Below are positions 21,320 to 30,426 of a stretch of DNA of 64,000 bases, piece by piece. The translations under genes and the position numbers were made by a program. The first letter of the stretch is position 1; each line of letters opens with the position of its first letter. Origin of the DNA: an uncultured Planctomycetota bacterium (GTDB lineage: Bacteria > Planctomycetota > Planctomycetia > Isosphaerales > Isosphaeraceae); NCBI GenBank assembly GCA_963737655.1, contig CAVTTN010000002.1:480001-544000 (forward strand), read 5' to 3'. Below the pieces are notes generated by a model. That model was not told the origin of the DNA. It made no database searches and saw only the letters and a list, made by a program, of their open reading frames with translations.

Positions 21320-22282
21320 TCACCACTTCGTGTCGGCCATCGCCTTGTTGGCGCGATACCACGCCACCGTCTTCGCCAGCCCCTCGCGGAGGGTCGTCGG
21401 CGGGCTCCAGCCGTCGAGGACCTGCTTCATCCTCGTCACGTCCAGCACCTTCAACGCGGCGCCGTCGGGCTTGTCCGTCAGCCAGGTCATCTTGCCCTGG
21501 TACTGGGTCACGGCGTTCATCGTCTCGGCCAGCTCGCGGATCGACGTGCCGATGCCGGTGCCGAGGTTCAGGGGGGTGGAGCAATCGTCATACGTCTCGG
21601 CGGCGAGGACGATCGCATCGGCGCAGTCCTCGACGTAGATGAACTCGCGGACGGCCTTGCCCGTGCCCCAGACCTCCACGGTCGGGCTCTTCTTCATCTC
21701 GGCCTCGACGAACTTCCTCACGAGGGCGGCGACGACGTGGGAGCGCTCGGGGTTGTAGCTGTCGCCGGGGCCGTAGAGGTTCGTCAGGATCAGGTGGATC
21801 GAGTCCAGGCCGTACTGCTTCTTGTACGCCTGCGCCTGGACGGCCATCATCTTCTTGGTCAGGCCGTAGTTGACGACCGAGGCATGGCACGGCCCGGCCC
21901 AGAGGTCGGACTCCTTCAGGTGGCCTTCCAGGTAGCCGGGGTAGCTGCACGCCGTCCCGATCGCCACGAACTTCTTCACGTTGGCCAGCCGCGCGGCCTC
22001 CATGATGTTCGCGCCCATGACGAGGTTCGAGTAATAGAGCGTGGCCGGCTGAGTCTGGTTGATCCCGATCCCGCCGTAATACGCGGCGGCATGGAACAGG
22101 TGGTCGCAGGGATGCTCCAGGACGCACCTCAGGCAGGCGTCCAGGGACGTGAGGTTGTAATCGCGCTGGCGGGGGACGAACACCTTCGCGCCCAGGGATT
22201 CCAGGCGCTTGACCAGGTGCTGGCCGAGGAACCCGGCCCCTCCGGTGACGGTCACTCGCTTGTCGGACCAGAAGCTCTTCAC
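21320..22282 (-). CDS. fcl: GDP-L-fucose synthase-like NAD-dependent epimerase/reductase
   Basis: GGAGGTGA RBS then GTG 22282. Motifs TGGAGFLG, GGIGIN...PA, GTACSYP, YGLTK, NLYGPGD and WGTGKAVREF. Confidence 0.8.
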   Translation of the reverse strand: MKSFWSDKRVTVTGGAGFLGQHLVKRLESLGAKVFVPRQRDYNLTSLDACLRCVLEHPCDHLFHAAAYYGGIGINQTQPATLYYSNLVMGANIMEAARLANVKKFVAIGTACSYPGYLEGHLKESDLWAGPCHASVVNYGLTKKMMAVQAQAYKKQYGLDSIHLILTNLYGPGDSYNPERSHVVAALVRKFVEAEMKKSPTVEVWGTGKAVREFIYVEDCADAIVLAAETYDDCSTPLNLGTGIGTSIRELAETMNAVTQYQGKMTWLTDKPDGAALKVLDVTRMKQVLDGWSPPTTLREGLAKTVAWYRANKAMADTKW

Positions 22283-22356
22283 AGAATCACCTCCCTGTTC
22301 GTGGCGGATGGTCTCGGGGGAGAGAGGGATCGATCGTCGGTGAGACGGTCCGGCGG

Positions 22357-22968
22357 TCAACGGCGACGTCGGGAGAGCCAGCCCACTCCGATCAGGCAAA
22401 GGCATGTGGCGGAGGCCGGCTCGGGGACGGACTGGAACGAACGGACCTCGCCCAAGAATTCCAGGGACGACTGGCCATTCAGGGTCCCCTGCGAGAGCGC
22501 GAACGAGTTCACGGCGGCGAAGTCGTTCGGGTCCAGAGACGTGGGCGGCCCGCTCGGCGGGAAGACCGAGGCCGGGTCGCCACTCACCTGGAGTGTCAGC
22601 GAGGCCGAGAGCAGGTTGACGGGGTTGCTCTGACTGATCGTCAGGTAAGGGTCGAGGGGGCTTGTGGGGACCTTCAGATCGATCGGGCCGGTCGAGAAGA
22701 AGAGGGTCCGACCCTGGAACTCGGCCGTGATCGAACCGGCGCCGAGCTGGTAATCGCGGACTCCGTTCGCCTCGGTGCTCGCGATCACCTGAGTCGGGTC
22801 GAAGGAGACGGTCCCCGAAAATGGCGTCCCGGGGGCCCAGGACGACGGATGGGCGGAGGTCCCCAACTGGCCCCCGAACGTGAAGCTCAGGACGTCGCCG
22901 CGGGCGGCCCCATCGGCGAGGAACAGGCCGAGCCACGCGACGGCGGCGACAGCGAACTTCCGGGCCAA
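22357..22968 (-). CDS. PEP-CTERM sorting domain protein
   Basis: TTG start after AGGA. Signal peptide, S/T/G-rich body, C-terminus VPEPAS-hydrophobic-RRRR. Confidence 0.85.
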   Translation of the reverse strand: MARKFAVAAVAWLGLFLADGAARGDVLSFTFGGQLGTSAHPSSWAPGTPFSGTVSFDPTQVIASTEANGVRDYQLGAGSITAEFQGRTLFFSTGPIDLKVPTSPLDPYLTISQSNPVNLLSASLTLQVSGDPASVFPPSGPPTSLDPNDFAAVNSFALSQGTLNGQSSLEFLGEVRSFQSVPEPASATCLCLIGVGWLSRRRR

Positions 22969-23106
22969 CTTGTTAGTCCTTTCCTGGTTGGGTGGTATGC
23001 TGACGTCTGCGCGAGCCTGCCCGCGGTCGCCGGGTGTCACTGGTGGTCTGCGGCTGATGCGTTGGATTCCGCCCGAGGCACTGGTCGCGGACGACGAGTG
23101 GCACCC

Positions 23107-23200
23107 GACGCCAAGGAAGAGGAGAGAATCAAGGACACCAAGAACCGGATTCCTCGTCCGCTCTTCTCTTCCCTTGGCGAACTTGGCGTCTTGGCGGTTA
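23107..23200. repeat. Degenerate REP-like element with tandem CTTGGCG units
   Basis: CTTGGCG at 23173, 23182 and 23190, followed by GTT. Inverted partial copies CGCCAAG/CACCAAG at 23109-23142. Confidence 0.55.
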
Positions 23201-23210
23201 ATCCCATCCC

Positions 23211-24140
23211 TCACACGTTCGCGAACGGGTTCTGGAACTCGATCAGCTTCGCCGCGCGGACCAGCTCGGCGATCCCTCGGTCGAGGTCGATCGTCGTCTC
23301 GAAGCCCTTCTCGCGGATCTTCTGGTAGGAGACCTCGTAGTTGCGCTGGTCGGCGTCCGTGCCGACCTCCGCGAAGTGCAGGTAGAAGTCGACGTGCTTG
23401 AGGATCTGCCTCGCCACGTCCTCCTTCGTGAAGTTCATCGACTCGTGGCCGACGTTGTACACGTCGTCCTTCACCGTGTCCCAGCGATCCAGGGCGAACA
23501 TGATCGAGCGGGCCATGTCGCGGACGTGAACAAACGTTCGCTTGAAGCCGCCCTCATACACGATCAGGTTGCGGTTCTTCACGGCCTGATACGTGAAGTC
23601 GTTGGGCATGAGGTCCAGGCGCATCCGGTTGGAGACGCCGAAGGCGGTGGCGTAGCGATACGCGACGCTGTTGCCGGCCTCCAGGACCATCTCCTCGGCC
23701 TTGGCCTTGGTCTCGCCGTAGAGGGTGATCGGGGCCGTCGGGGTGTTCTCGTTGCAGATGTAGTCGGGCACCGAGCCGTAGATGGAACCGGTCGAGGCGA
23801 AAATGACCTTCTGGTCCTTCTTGCGGTGCTTCAGGAGGGTGCGGGTGCCGTCCACGTTGGTGGCCTGGGCGACCTGCGGCTCCTTCTTGCACGCGGGATA
23901 GCCGACGATCGCCGCGAGGTGGACGACGGCGTCCATCCCGTCCAGGGCCTTGGCCATCCCGGCGTCGTCGGTGACGTCGCCCTTCATCAGCTCGAAGAAG
24001 CGGTTCTCGCAGCACGGCAGGAGGCCGTGGCCGCCGAACTTCAGCGAGTCATACACGCGGACCCGGTGCCCCTGCTCCAGGAGCATGGGGACGAGGGTCG
24101 ATCCAACGTAGCCGGCTCCGCCGGTGACGAGAATGCGCAT
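23211..24140 (-). CDS. NAD-dependent epimerase/dehydratase
   Basis: MRILVTGGAGYVG, HLAAIVG, YGETK (YxxxK) and RMRLDL. Confidence 0.9.
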   Translation of the reverse strand: MRILVTGGAGYVGSTLVPMLLEQGHRVRVYDSLKFGGHGLLPCCENRFFELMKGDVTDDAGMAKALDGMDAVVHLAAIVGYPACKKEPQVAQATNVDGTRTLLKHRKKDQKVIFASTGSIYGSVPDYICNENTPTAPITLYGETKAKAEEMVLEAGNSVAYRYATAFGVSNRMRLDLMPNDFTYQAVKNRNLIVYEGGFKRTFVHVRDMARSIMFALDRWDTVKDDVYNVGHESMNFTKEDVARQILKHVDFYLHFAEVGTDADQRNYEVSYQKIREKGFETTIDLDRGIAELVRAAKLIEFQNPFANV

Positions 24141-24390
24141 GATGCGGCCCATCCGTGGTGGCTCGTGAGACGCGCCTGGACGTCGTGTCGAGTCGGGTTG
24201 TGGTGTGAAGTCGAGCGATCCGGCAAGGCAAGGCAAGATGGGACGGGCGATTCGATCGATCGCAGGCCAGGCCCCCGTCCGTGCGGCCTTGACTCCCGGT
24301 CAGGAAAGGCTCGGCGGGCCGTCGGTCGCCTCCAACTCCCGGCCCCGTCGAGTGGCGAGAGTATGGCCCCGGCCGCCCGGGGTGTCAACT

Positions 24391-27237
24391 TCAGTTTTTC
24401 CCCGAAATCGGTCCGGAAACCAGCGCCCGAAAGTCCTCGCGAGACCGCAACGGGGCAAGCTGGGGCATCCGGGCCAGGACTCGCCGATCGGCGCCCAGGC
24501 GGACGGCCTCCGCCAGCGCCTCCACGGCCTCCTTGCCCACCGCGTCGCCGTCGATCCCCGCGGCGCCGTCCTTCGGGCCGGGCGAGACGAGGGCCTGGGC
24601 CAGCTCCACCCCGAGGAATACCGCGGCGTCGGCCCGGCCGGGGAACAGCGAGCGGCGCCTCCGGCTCAGCGGGAGGCTCTCGGCGACCCGGCCGTCTCGG
24701 CGGAGGAGGGTCGCGAGGCTGGCCAGGTGGTTCGCCAGGAACCGCCGGGGGGTGGCGGCCGAGGGCTCCTTCTTCAGCGCGTCGTCCTCGACCACGATCG
24801 CCTCGCGATACCTCGCCTCGGCCTGGGCGGTCTGGCCCAGCCCGTCGAAGACCATCGCCAGATTGTGGATCGCCCCGCCCAGGCCGCTGGCCGCCCGGGG
24901 GTTGTCGGGCTGGTCGCGGCGCAGCCTCGCCCGGATCTCCACGCACTTCGCCATCGGCTCCCGGGCCCGGTCGGGCCGGTCCAGCCCGAGGAAATGCATG
25001 CCGATATTGTCATAACTGCGAGCGAGATACTCGGCCAGGTCGGCCGACTCGGGCTCCTCCGCCAGGAGGGCCTCGCGGAGGTCTCGCCCGCGTTCCAGGA
25101 ACGGCAGGGCCTTCGCCGGTCGGCCCGTATGGCCGAGGAACAGGCCCAGCTCGTTGCAGATCCTCGCCAGGTCGGACCGCTCCTCGACGCCCGAGGGCGT
25201 CGCCTGGACCCGGGCCTCGTGGGCCTGAAGCGCCGCGGTGTAGAGCGCCTCGGCGTCGGCGGCGCGGCCCTCGTCCGAGGCGATGTCGCCCAGGCGGTGC
25301 TGGACGTCGCCGAACTGGCCGAGGAGGCCGAGGCTCTCCGGATGCTTCGCGGTGGCGTCCTTGAGGAAGTCCCGGAGCCGGACCAGCTCGTCCCGACACT
25401 CGGCGAGCCGGCCGACGTCGCCGAACGTCTTGGCCACGTTCGACATCGAGATCGCCCGGTCGGTGAGCCCCTGCACGTCCCCGGGAGATCCCGCGAGGTA
25501 GGCTTGAGCGACTTCGGCCGACCTCCGATAGTATTCGCGGGCCAGGTCCGTGGGGCCGGGCTTCCCGGGGCCGTCGGAGAATAGCCGGCGAGCATTCCCG
25601 GCGTTATTCAGGGCCTTCCCGTGCCACAGCCTCAGGAACGGCCGCTCGGGATGCTCGCGGGCGAGCGTCTCGTACAGGCCCGCCGCCCTCTCGAAGCTCG
25701 CCAGGGCCAGCCGGTTCTCGCCCAGGTCGTTCTGGATGTTCCCCACGTTCAGGTAGGAGTTCGCCACCTCGTACCGCAGCTCCGGGTCCTCGGCGTGCTG
25801 CGCGAGGAACTTCTCGTGATACTTCAGGGCGTCGCCCAGGAGCTCGCGTCGGAGGCCCTGGAGCCCGGGACGCTTCAGGCGGGGGCTCTGGCTGACCCTC
25901 GTGAGGTAGTCCTCGACGGCCTTCCTCGCCTGCTGGTAGTTCTCGTCGGCACGCCTCGCCTCGGCCTTCGCCGCCTCTTTCGCCCGGATCGCCAGCGTCT
26001 TCTGCGCCTCGGCCCGCCGCCACTCCAGGACGATCCCGCCCACCCCGGCCGCCGCCGTGGCGATCAGCAAGACGACGAGCGCCGCGATCGCCGGCCGCCG
26101 CTTCGCCCACTTCGCCAGCCTCTCCGGCGAGGAGATCGGCCGGGCTAAAATCGGCTCGCCGGCCGACCACCGCTCCAGCTCCTCGGCCAGCGCCTCGGCC
26201 GACCCGTACCGCCTGGCCGGGTCTTTTTCCAGGCATTTCAGGCAGATCGTCTCCAGGTCGCGATCGACCTTCGGGTTCCTCTTCCTCGGCGATTCCGGCT
26301 CCTTCTCCAGGACGAGCAGCAAGATATCCATCGAGCTCGCCGCGCGGAACGGGGCCTCTCCGGTGATCGTGGCATACAGGACGGCCCCCAGCCCGTAGAC
26401 GTCGCTCGCCGTGGTGACCTTCCCCCGGCTGCCGCTGGCCTGCTCCGGGGGCATGTAGCCGGGCGTCCCCAGGACGGCCCCGGTGACCGTCATCCCCCGG
26501 TCGCCCCCGCCCTTGCCCTCGGACTCCACCCGCTTCGCCAGGCCGAAATCCGTGACATGGGGCTGTCTCTGCTCGTCCAAGAGGATGTTGGCCGGCTTCA
26601 GGTCGCGATGGAGGATGCCCCTCTGATGCGCGTAATGGACGGCCCTCGCCACGATCGCCACCAGGCGGGCCGCCTCGGGCAGGTCGTCCGGCAGCCGATG
26701 GACCTCCCCGGCCAGGCTCCCCCCGCCGACCAGCTTCATGCTGAAGAAGTGCTGGCCGTCGAGCTCGCCGACCTCGTAGATCGGCACGATGTTCGGATGG
26801 TCCAGGCCGGCCGCCGCCTCCGCCTCCAGCAGGAATCGCTCGACGTCCGCCGGACCGGCCAGAGACCCCGACAGGATCATCTTGAGCGCCACGTCCCGCC
26901 CCAGGGACACCTGCCGGGCCCGGAACACCACGCCCATCCCGCCCCGGGCCAGCTCCTGGCGGAGCTCATAATCGCCGAACCCATGCCGGGAGGACGAGAC
27001 CGCTCCCCCCTCCCCGGCGGCGGTCGGCTCCGACCCGAGGGCCCCTCCGGACGGGAGCAGCGTCGCCGCCTCCGCCATGTCCTCCCCGGGGCGAGGGCCG
27101 AAGGTCGAGGCCGGCGGGATCGTCGCCGCCTCCGAAAGCCCCACGTCCCACGCGGTCCCGCACCTCGGGCACGCCCCGATCGTCTCGGCAGCCTGCAATT
27201 TCGCCCCGCACGACCGGCACTCGATCGCCCCCAGCAT
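24391..27237 (-). CDS. Ser/Thr protein kinase with N-terminal Zn ribbon, TM helix and TPR repeats
   Basis: CRSC...CPRC, RGGMGVV, VALK, HRDLKPAN, DFG and GTPGYMPPEQ. TM at RRPAIAALVVLL, then TPR-like repeats. Confidence 0.93.
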   Translation of the reverse strand: MLGAIECRSCGAKLQAAETIGACPRCGTAWDVGLSEAATIPPASTFGPRPGEDMAEAATLLPSGGALGSEPTAAGEGGAVSSSRHGFGDYELRQELARGGMGVVFRARQVSLGRDVALKMILSGSLAGPADVERFLLEAEAAAGLDHPNIVPIYEVGELDGQHFFSMKLVGGGSLAGEVHRLPDDLPEAARLVAIVARAVHYAHQRGILHRDLKPANILLDEQRQPHVTDFGLAKRVESEGKGGGDRGMTVTGAVLGTPGYMPPEQASGSRGKVTTASDVYGLGAVLYATITGEAPFRAASSMDILLLVLEKEPESPRKRNPKVDRDLETICLKCLEKDPARRYGSAEALAEELERWSAGEPILARPISSPERLAKWAKRRPAIAALVVLLIATAAAGVGGIVLEWRRAEAQKTLAIRAKEAAKAEARRADENYQQARKAVEDYLTRVSQSPRLKRPGLQGLRRELLGDALKYHEKFLAQHAEDPELRYEVANSYLNVGNIQNDLGENRLALASFERAAGLYETLAREHPERPFLRLWHGKALNNAGNARRLFSDGPGKPGPTDLAREYYRRSAEVAQAYLAGSPGDVQGLTDRAISMSNVAKTFGDVGRLAECRDELVRLRDFLKDATAKHPESLGLLGQFGDVQHRLGDIASDEGRAADAEALYTAALQAHEARVQATPSGVEERSDLARICNELGLFLGHTGRPAKALPFLERGRDLREALLAEEPESADLAEYLARSYDNIGMHFLGLDRPDRAREPMAKCVEIRARLRRDQPDNPRAASGLGGAIHNLAMVFDGLGQTAQAEARYREAIVVEDDALKKEPSAATPRRFLANHLASLATLLRRDGRVAESLPLSRRRRSLFPGRADAAVFLGVELAQALVSPGPKDGAAGIDGDAVGKEAVEALAEAVRLGADRRVLARMPQLAPLRSREDFRALVSGPISGKN

Positions 27238-27435
27238 GACGCAAACCCCTCTCAGGCCGGTCCGCCGCCCTTCTCCCCTCCAAGGATTGTCGCATCCCCG
27301 GATCAACAGGCCCACACAATTCGCCGATCCCGGAGGATCGCCCAGGGCCGTTTCGTTTTCGAGCCTGCCAAAGCCGTAACTTTCGTGGCTGGTGCGGGTT
27401 CCGAAACCGGAAGTACGTGTTTAGCGGGTGAGAAG

Positions 27436-27523
27436 GCGGTTTTTGTAGGGCCCGCGATTGCGGACCTCTTCGATTACGCTTCGTCGCCAGGAGGTCCGCA
27501 ATCGCGGACCCTACAAAAACCGC
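27436..27523. repeat. REPIN-like pair of GTAG-type REP palindromes
   Basis: 33-bp inverted repeat with 1 mismatch and a 22-bp spacer. Each arm is GTAG + GGTCCGC-GATT-GCGGACC type palindrome. Confidence 0.85.
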
Positions 27524-27701
27524 GATTGGAGGCGCCAAACACGGACAGCCGGAACCCGTGCCACCCAAAATGCTTCCGGCCGACAGCTCTCGGGGAAGGA
27601 ACCGACCCTCCCAACCCCGGAAGCTCGGTTGAATCCCCAGGGCGTTTCCGAGTAAGATGGCCCCCTTTCGATCCGTCTCGAAACGATGGGGAGCGTTGGA
27701 C

Positions 27702-27953
27702 ATGGGCATGCGTCGGATGGGTAGCACGATCCGGGCCCGGCAGAAGTTGAAGTCGATGAAGCGCAACGCGCCGAGGAAGGTGAAGGAACGGGCCCGACGC
27801 GACGCCCGGATGCTCACCGCCCTCCAGGCCGCCAGCCTCCCCTACACCCCCTGGGTCATGAGCTGGCTGAGCACCCAGCTCGACAAGAAGTCCACCGCCA
27901 TCACCCAGGACGACGTCCAGGGCCTCCTCGCCGCCCATTCCGCCGTCGCCTGA
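27702..27953 (+). CDS. Small basic hypothetical protein (83 aa)
   Basis: GGGGAG RBS and high-GC3 codon usage. K/R-rich N-half, helical C-half (PYTPWVMSWLSTQL). Confidence 0.75.
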   Translation: MGMRRMGSTIRARQKLKSMKRNAPRKVKERARRDARMLTALQAASLPYTPWVMSWLSTQLDKKSTAITQDDVQGLLAAHSAVA

Positions 27954-28510
27954 GGATTGGGCAGCCTGGAAAGGCCGGGGGATCCGCGACGACCTTGACT
28001 TTGGGCAAGGTCATCGCCGGATGTGTTCGCGCATGCACATCGGACGTCGCCAGGAGGTCAGCAAGTCCCCCTCGCACCGAACTTGACAACACATTTCGTC
28101 GCAAATGCGCGAAAAGGGCGGAAATTCCCGGCATTTCCCCCGCGCAACGCCGAGTGCGCACAGAATTTCCGACATATTTTCCGCCCAGAATTCCTCGGTC
28201 GCAAAACCTTGTATCCACACAAGATCCGGCTCGACCCGTTTCGAGTCGTCCTCCCCGGAATGCGCCCCAAACCTGCACACTTCCGGGGCTTGGCAATCCA
28301 TTCACGTTGGTTTAATCGATCGCAAGTTTGCGCGTAGAACTGACCATCCTGAGACCGGGCGTCCTCGGATTTCGTGCTCGGCCCGGGGCGGCGTCACGAT
28401 GATTCCCGGACGAGGCTCGGGCCTCGATCGCCCTTAACCGATCGCCCGTCTTCTGATACCGTTCGCCCGACCGGCCCCGGACTCGGGGATCGGCCCCGGA
28501 GGCCCGTGCC

Positions 28511-29515
28511 ATGTCGCGAGGGGAGCATCCCGACGCCCCGACGATCAGCGTCGTCGTCCCCCTGTTCAATGAGCGGGAGACGATCGCCGAACTCCATCGC
28601 CGGATCGCCGAAGTCCTGGACGAGCTGGATGTTCCGGCCGAAATCGTGCTCGTGGACGACGGCTCCAGCGACGCCACACCCCATCTTCTGGACACCCTCG
28701 CCGACGCGGACCCCCGGGTCCGCCCCGTCCACCTGACCCGCAATTTCGGCCATCAGGCCGCCGTCTCGGCCGGGATCGACCTGGCCCGGGGGGAGGCGGT
28801 GATCGTCCTCGACGGCGACTTGCAGGACCCTCCCGAACTCATCCCCGACCTCCTCCGGCTCTGGAAGGAGGGGAACGACGTCGTGTTCGCCGTCCGCCGA
28901 CGGCGCCGGGGGTCGTTCCTCAAACTCCTGGCCTACAAGATCTTCTATCGAATCCTCGGGGCCGTCTCCGACCTCCCCATCCCGCTCGATTCGGGCGATT
29001 TCGGCCTGATGGATCGCCGGGTCGTGGACGCCCTGAAGCGCCTCCCCGAACGGGTCCGGTTCGTCCGGGGATTGCGGGCCTTCGTCGGCTTCCGTCAAGT
29101 TGGGCTCGAATACGATCGGCCAGACCGCCTGGCGGGCGAACCCAAATATACCGTTTCCAAACTTTTCGCATTGGCCGCCGACGGCCTCGTGAGCTTCAGC
29201 GCCCGCCCGTTGCGGCTGGTCACGGCGCTGGGCCTCGCCTCCGCGGCCGTCGCCCTGGGCCTGACCGCCTGGGTCCTGGCCGACGCCCTGGCCACCCGGA
29301 CCGCCCCCCGAGGCTGGGCCAGCACCCTGGTCGTCGTCCTCTTCATGGGATCGGTCCAGCTCCTGAGCCTCGGGATCATCGGCGAATACATCCGCCTGAT
29401 CTTCCTCGAAGCCAAGGGACGCCCGACGTATCTCATTCGTGAGCCAGAACTTGAGGACGAACGAGAGGTCGTCCCGTCCCTCTCCGAAGGGCGGCGGCGA
29501 GGGCGGCCCTCATGA
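28511..29515 (+). CDS. GT2 polyprenol-phosphate glycosyltransferase (GtrB/ArnC-like)
   Basis: SVVVPLFNE, VDDGSSD, RNFGHQAA, DGDLQDPP and SGDFGLMDR. Two C-terminal TMs, LGIIGEYI. Confidence 0.92.
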   Translation: MSRGEHPDAPTISVVVPLFNERETIAELHRRIAEVLDELDVPAEIVLVDDGSSDATPHLLDTLADADPRVRPVHLTRNFGHQAAVSAGIDLARGEAVIVLDGDLQDPPELIPDLLRLWKEGNDVVFAVRRRRRGSFLKLLAYKIFYRILGAVSDLPIPLDSGDFGLMDRRVVDALKRLPERVRFVRGLRAFVGFRQVGLEYDRPDRLAGEPKYTVSKLFALAADGLVSFSARPLRLVTALGLASAAVALGLTAWVLADALATRTAPRGWASTLVVVLFMGSVQLLSLGIIGEYIRLIFLEAKGRPTYLIREPELEDEREVVPSLSEGRRRGRPS

Positions 29516-30426
29516 TCGAGCGATGGAGCTCCGGCGATCCCACCGATCATATGGACGAGGCGATCCTCACCCGGCTCGCCCCTCGGATCGAGCGTCACCC
29601 CTGGTGGAAGGCCCGCGCCCGCCTGACCGTGGCCCTCCTGGACCGCCTGATCGGCCGAGATCGCCCAGACACCCGCGTTCTCGACGCCGGATGCGGCTGG
29701 GGCGTCACCCTCAAGGCCCTCGAACGTGCCGGCTACTTCGCCGCCGGGCTCGATGTCTCGCGGAAGGCCCTGGAACGGCTCGACCGGCCCGGCCGAACCC
29801 TGATCGAGGCCGACCTGACGAAGCCGTTCCCCTCGATTCAACCCCTTTATGACGCGGTCCTTGCGCTCGACGTGATCGAGCACCTCGACGACGACCGGGC
29901 GGCCGTCGAATCCCTCTCGCGGCTGGTCCGGCCGGGAGGCGTCCTGATCCTCAGCGTCCCGGCGTTGCCCGACCTCTTCACCGAATTCGACCGGGTCCAG
30001 GGCCACCGGCGCCGGTATCTCCCCGAAACCCTTCGGGATGCCATCCCCGGCGGTCTCCTGAACGTCGAACAGGTGTTCTGGTGGGGTTCGTGGCTCGTCG
30101 ATCGGCTCCGACGCTCCCGAAAACGTCCCCGATCTCGCCCCGGCGACTCAGCTGACGCAATTTACGGTCGTTACCTGAATCTCCCACCCGCACCACTCCG
30201 CCCCCTCCTCGATCTCGCATTCCATCTGGAGAAACGATCGGCCCTCCGAGGGGCGTTGAAGACCGGCACGTCCCTCTTCGCCGTGGCCCGAAGGCCGATT
30301 CTGGGGCCCTCCGGCGGCGGGGCTTTCTATCGGCCGTCCCCCTCGTCCGGGACCGCTCGCGAGGGAACCACGGCCCAGGCCGAAACCTTCCGGCCCTCCG
30401 CATCTCGTGCGGTGACCGAGACATAG
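29512..30426 (+). CDS. Class I SAM-dependent methyltransferase
   Basis: HPWWKAR, VLDAGCGWG, LDVIEH and GHRRRY. ATGA overlap with the GT2 gene. Confidence 0.88.
   Translation: MIERWSSGDPTDHMDEAILTRLAPRIERHPWWKARARLTVALLDRLIGRDRPDTRVLDAGCGWGVTLKALERAGYFAAGLDVSRKALERLDRPGRTLIEADLTKPFPSIQPLYDAVLALDVIEHLDDDRAAVESLSRLVRPGGVLILSVPALPDLFTEFDRVQGHRRRYLPETLRDAIPGGLLNVEQVFWWGSWLVDRLRRSRKRPRSRPGDSADAIYGRYLNLPPAPLRPLLDLAFHLEKRSALRGALKTGTSLFAVARRPILGPSGGGAFYRPSPSSGTAREGTTAQAETFRPSASRAVTET

Noticed and set aside
30327..30426. 100-bp convergent overlap of the methyltransferase and peptidase
   Set aside because: The MTase tail after SLFAVARR is low-information. Most likely a lost stop or an indel, not a functional overlap.
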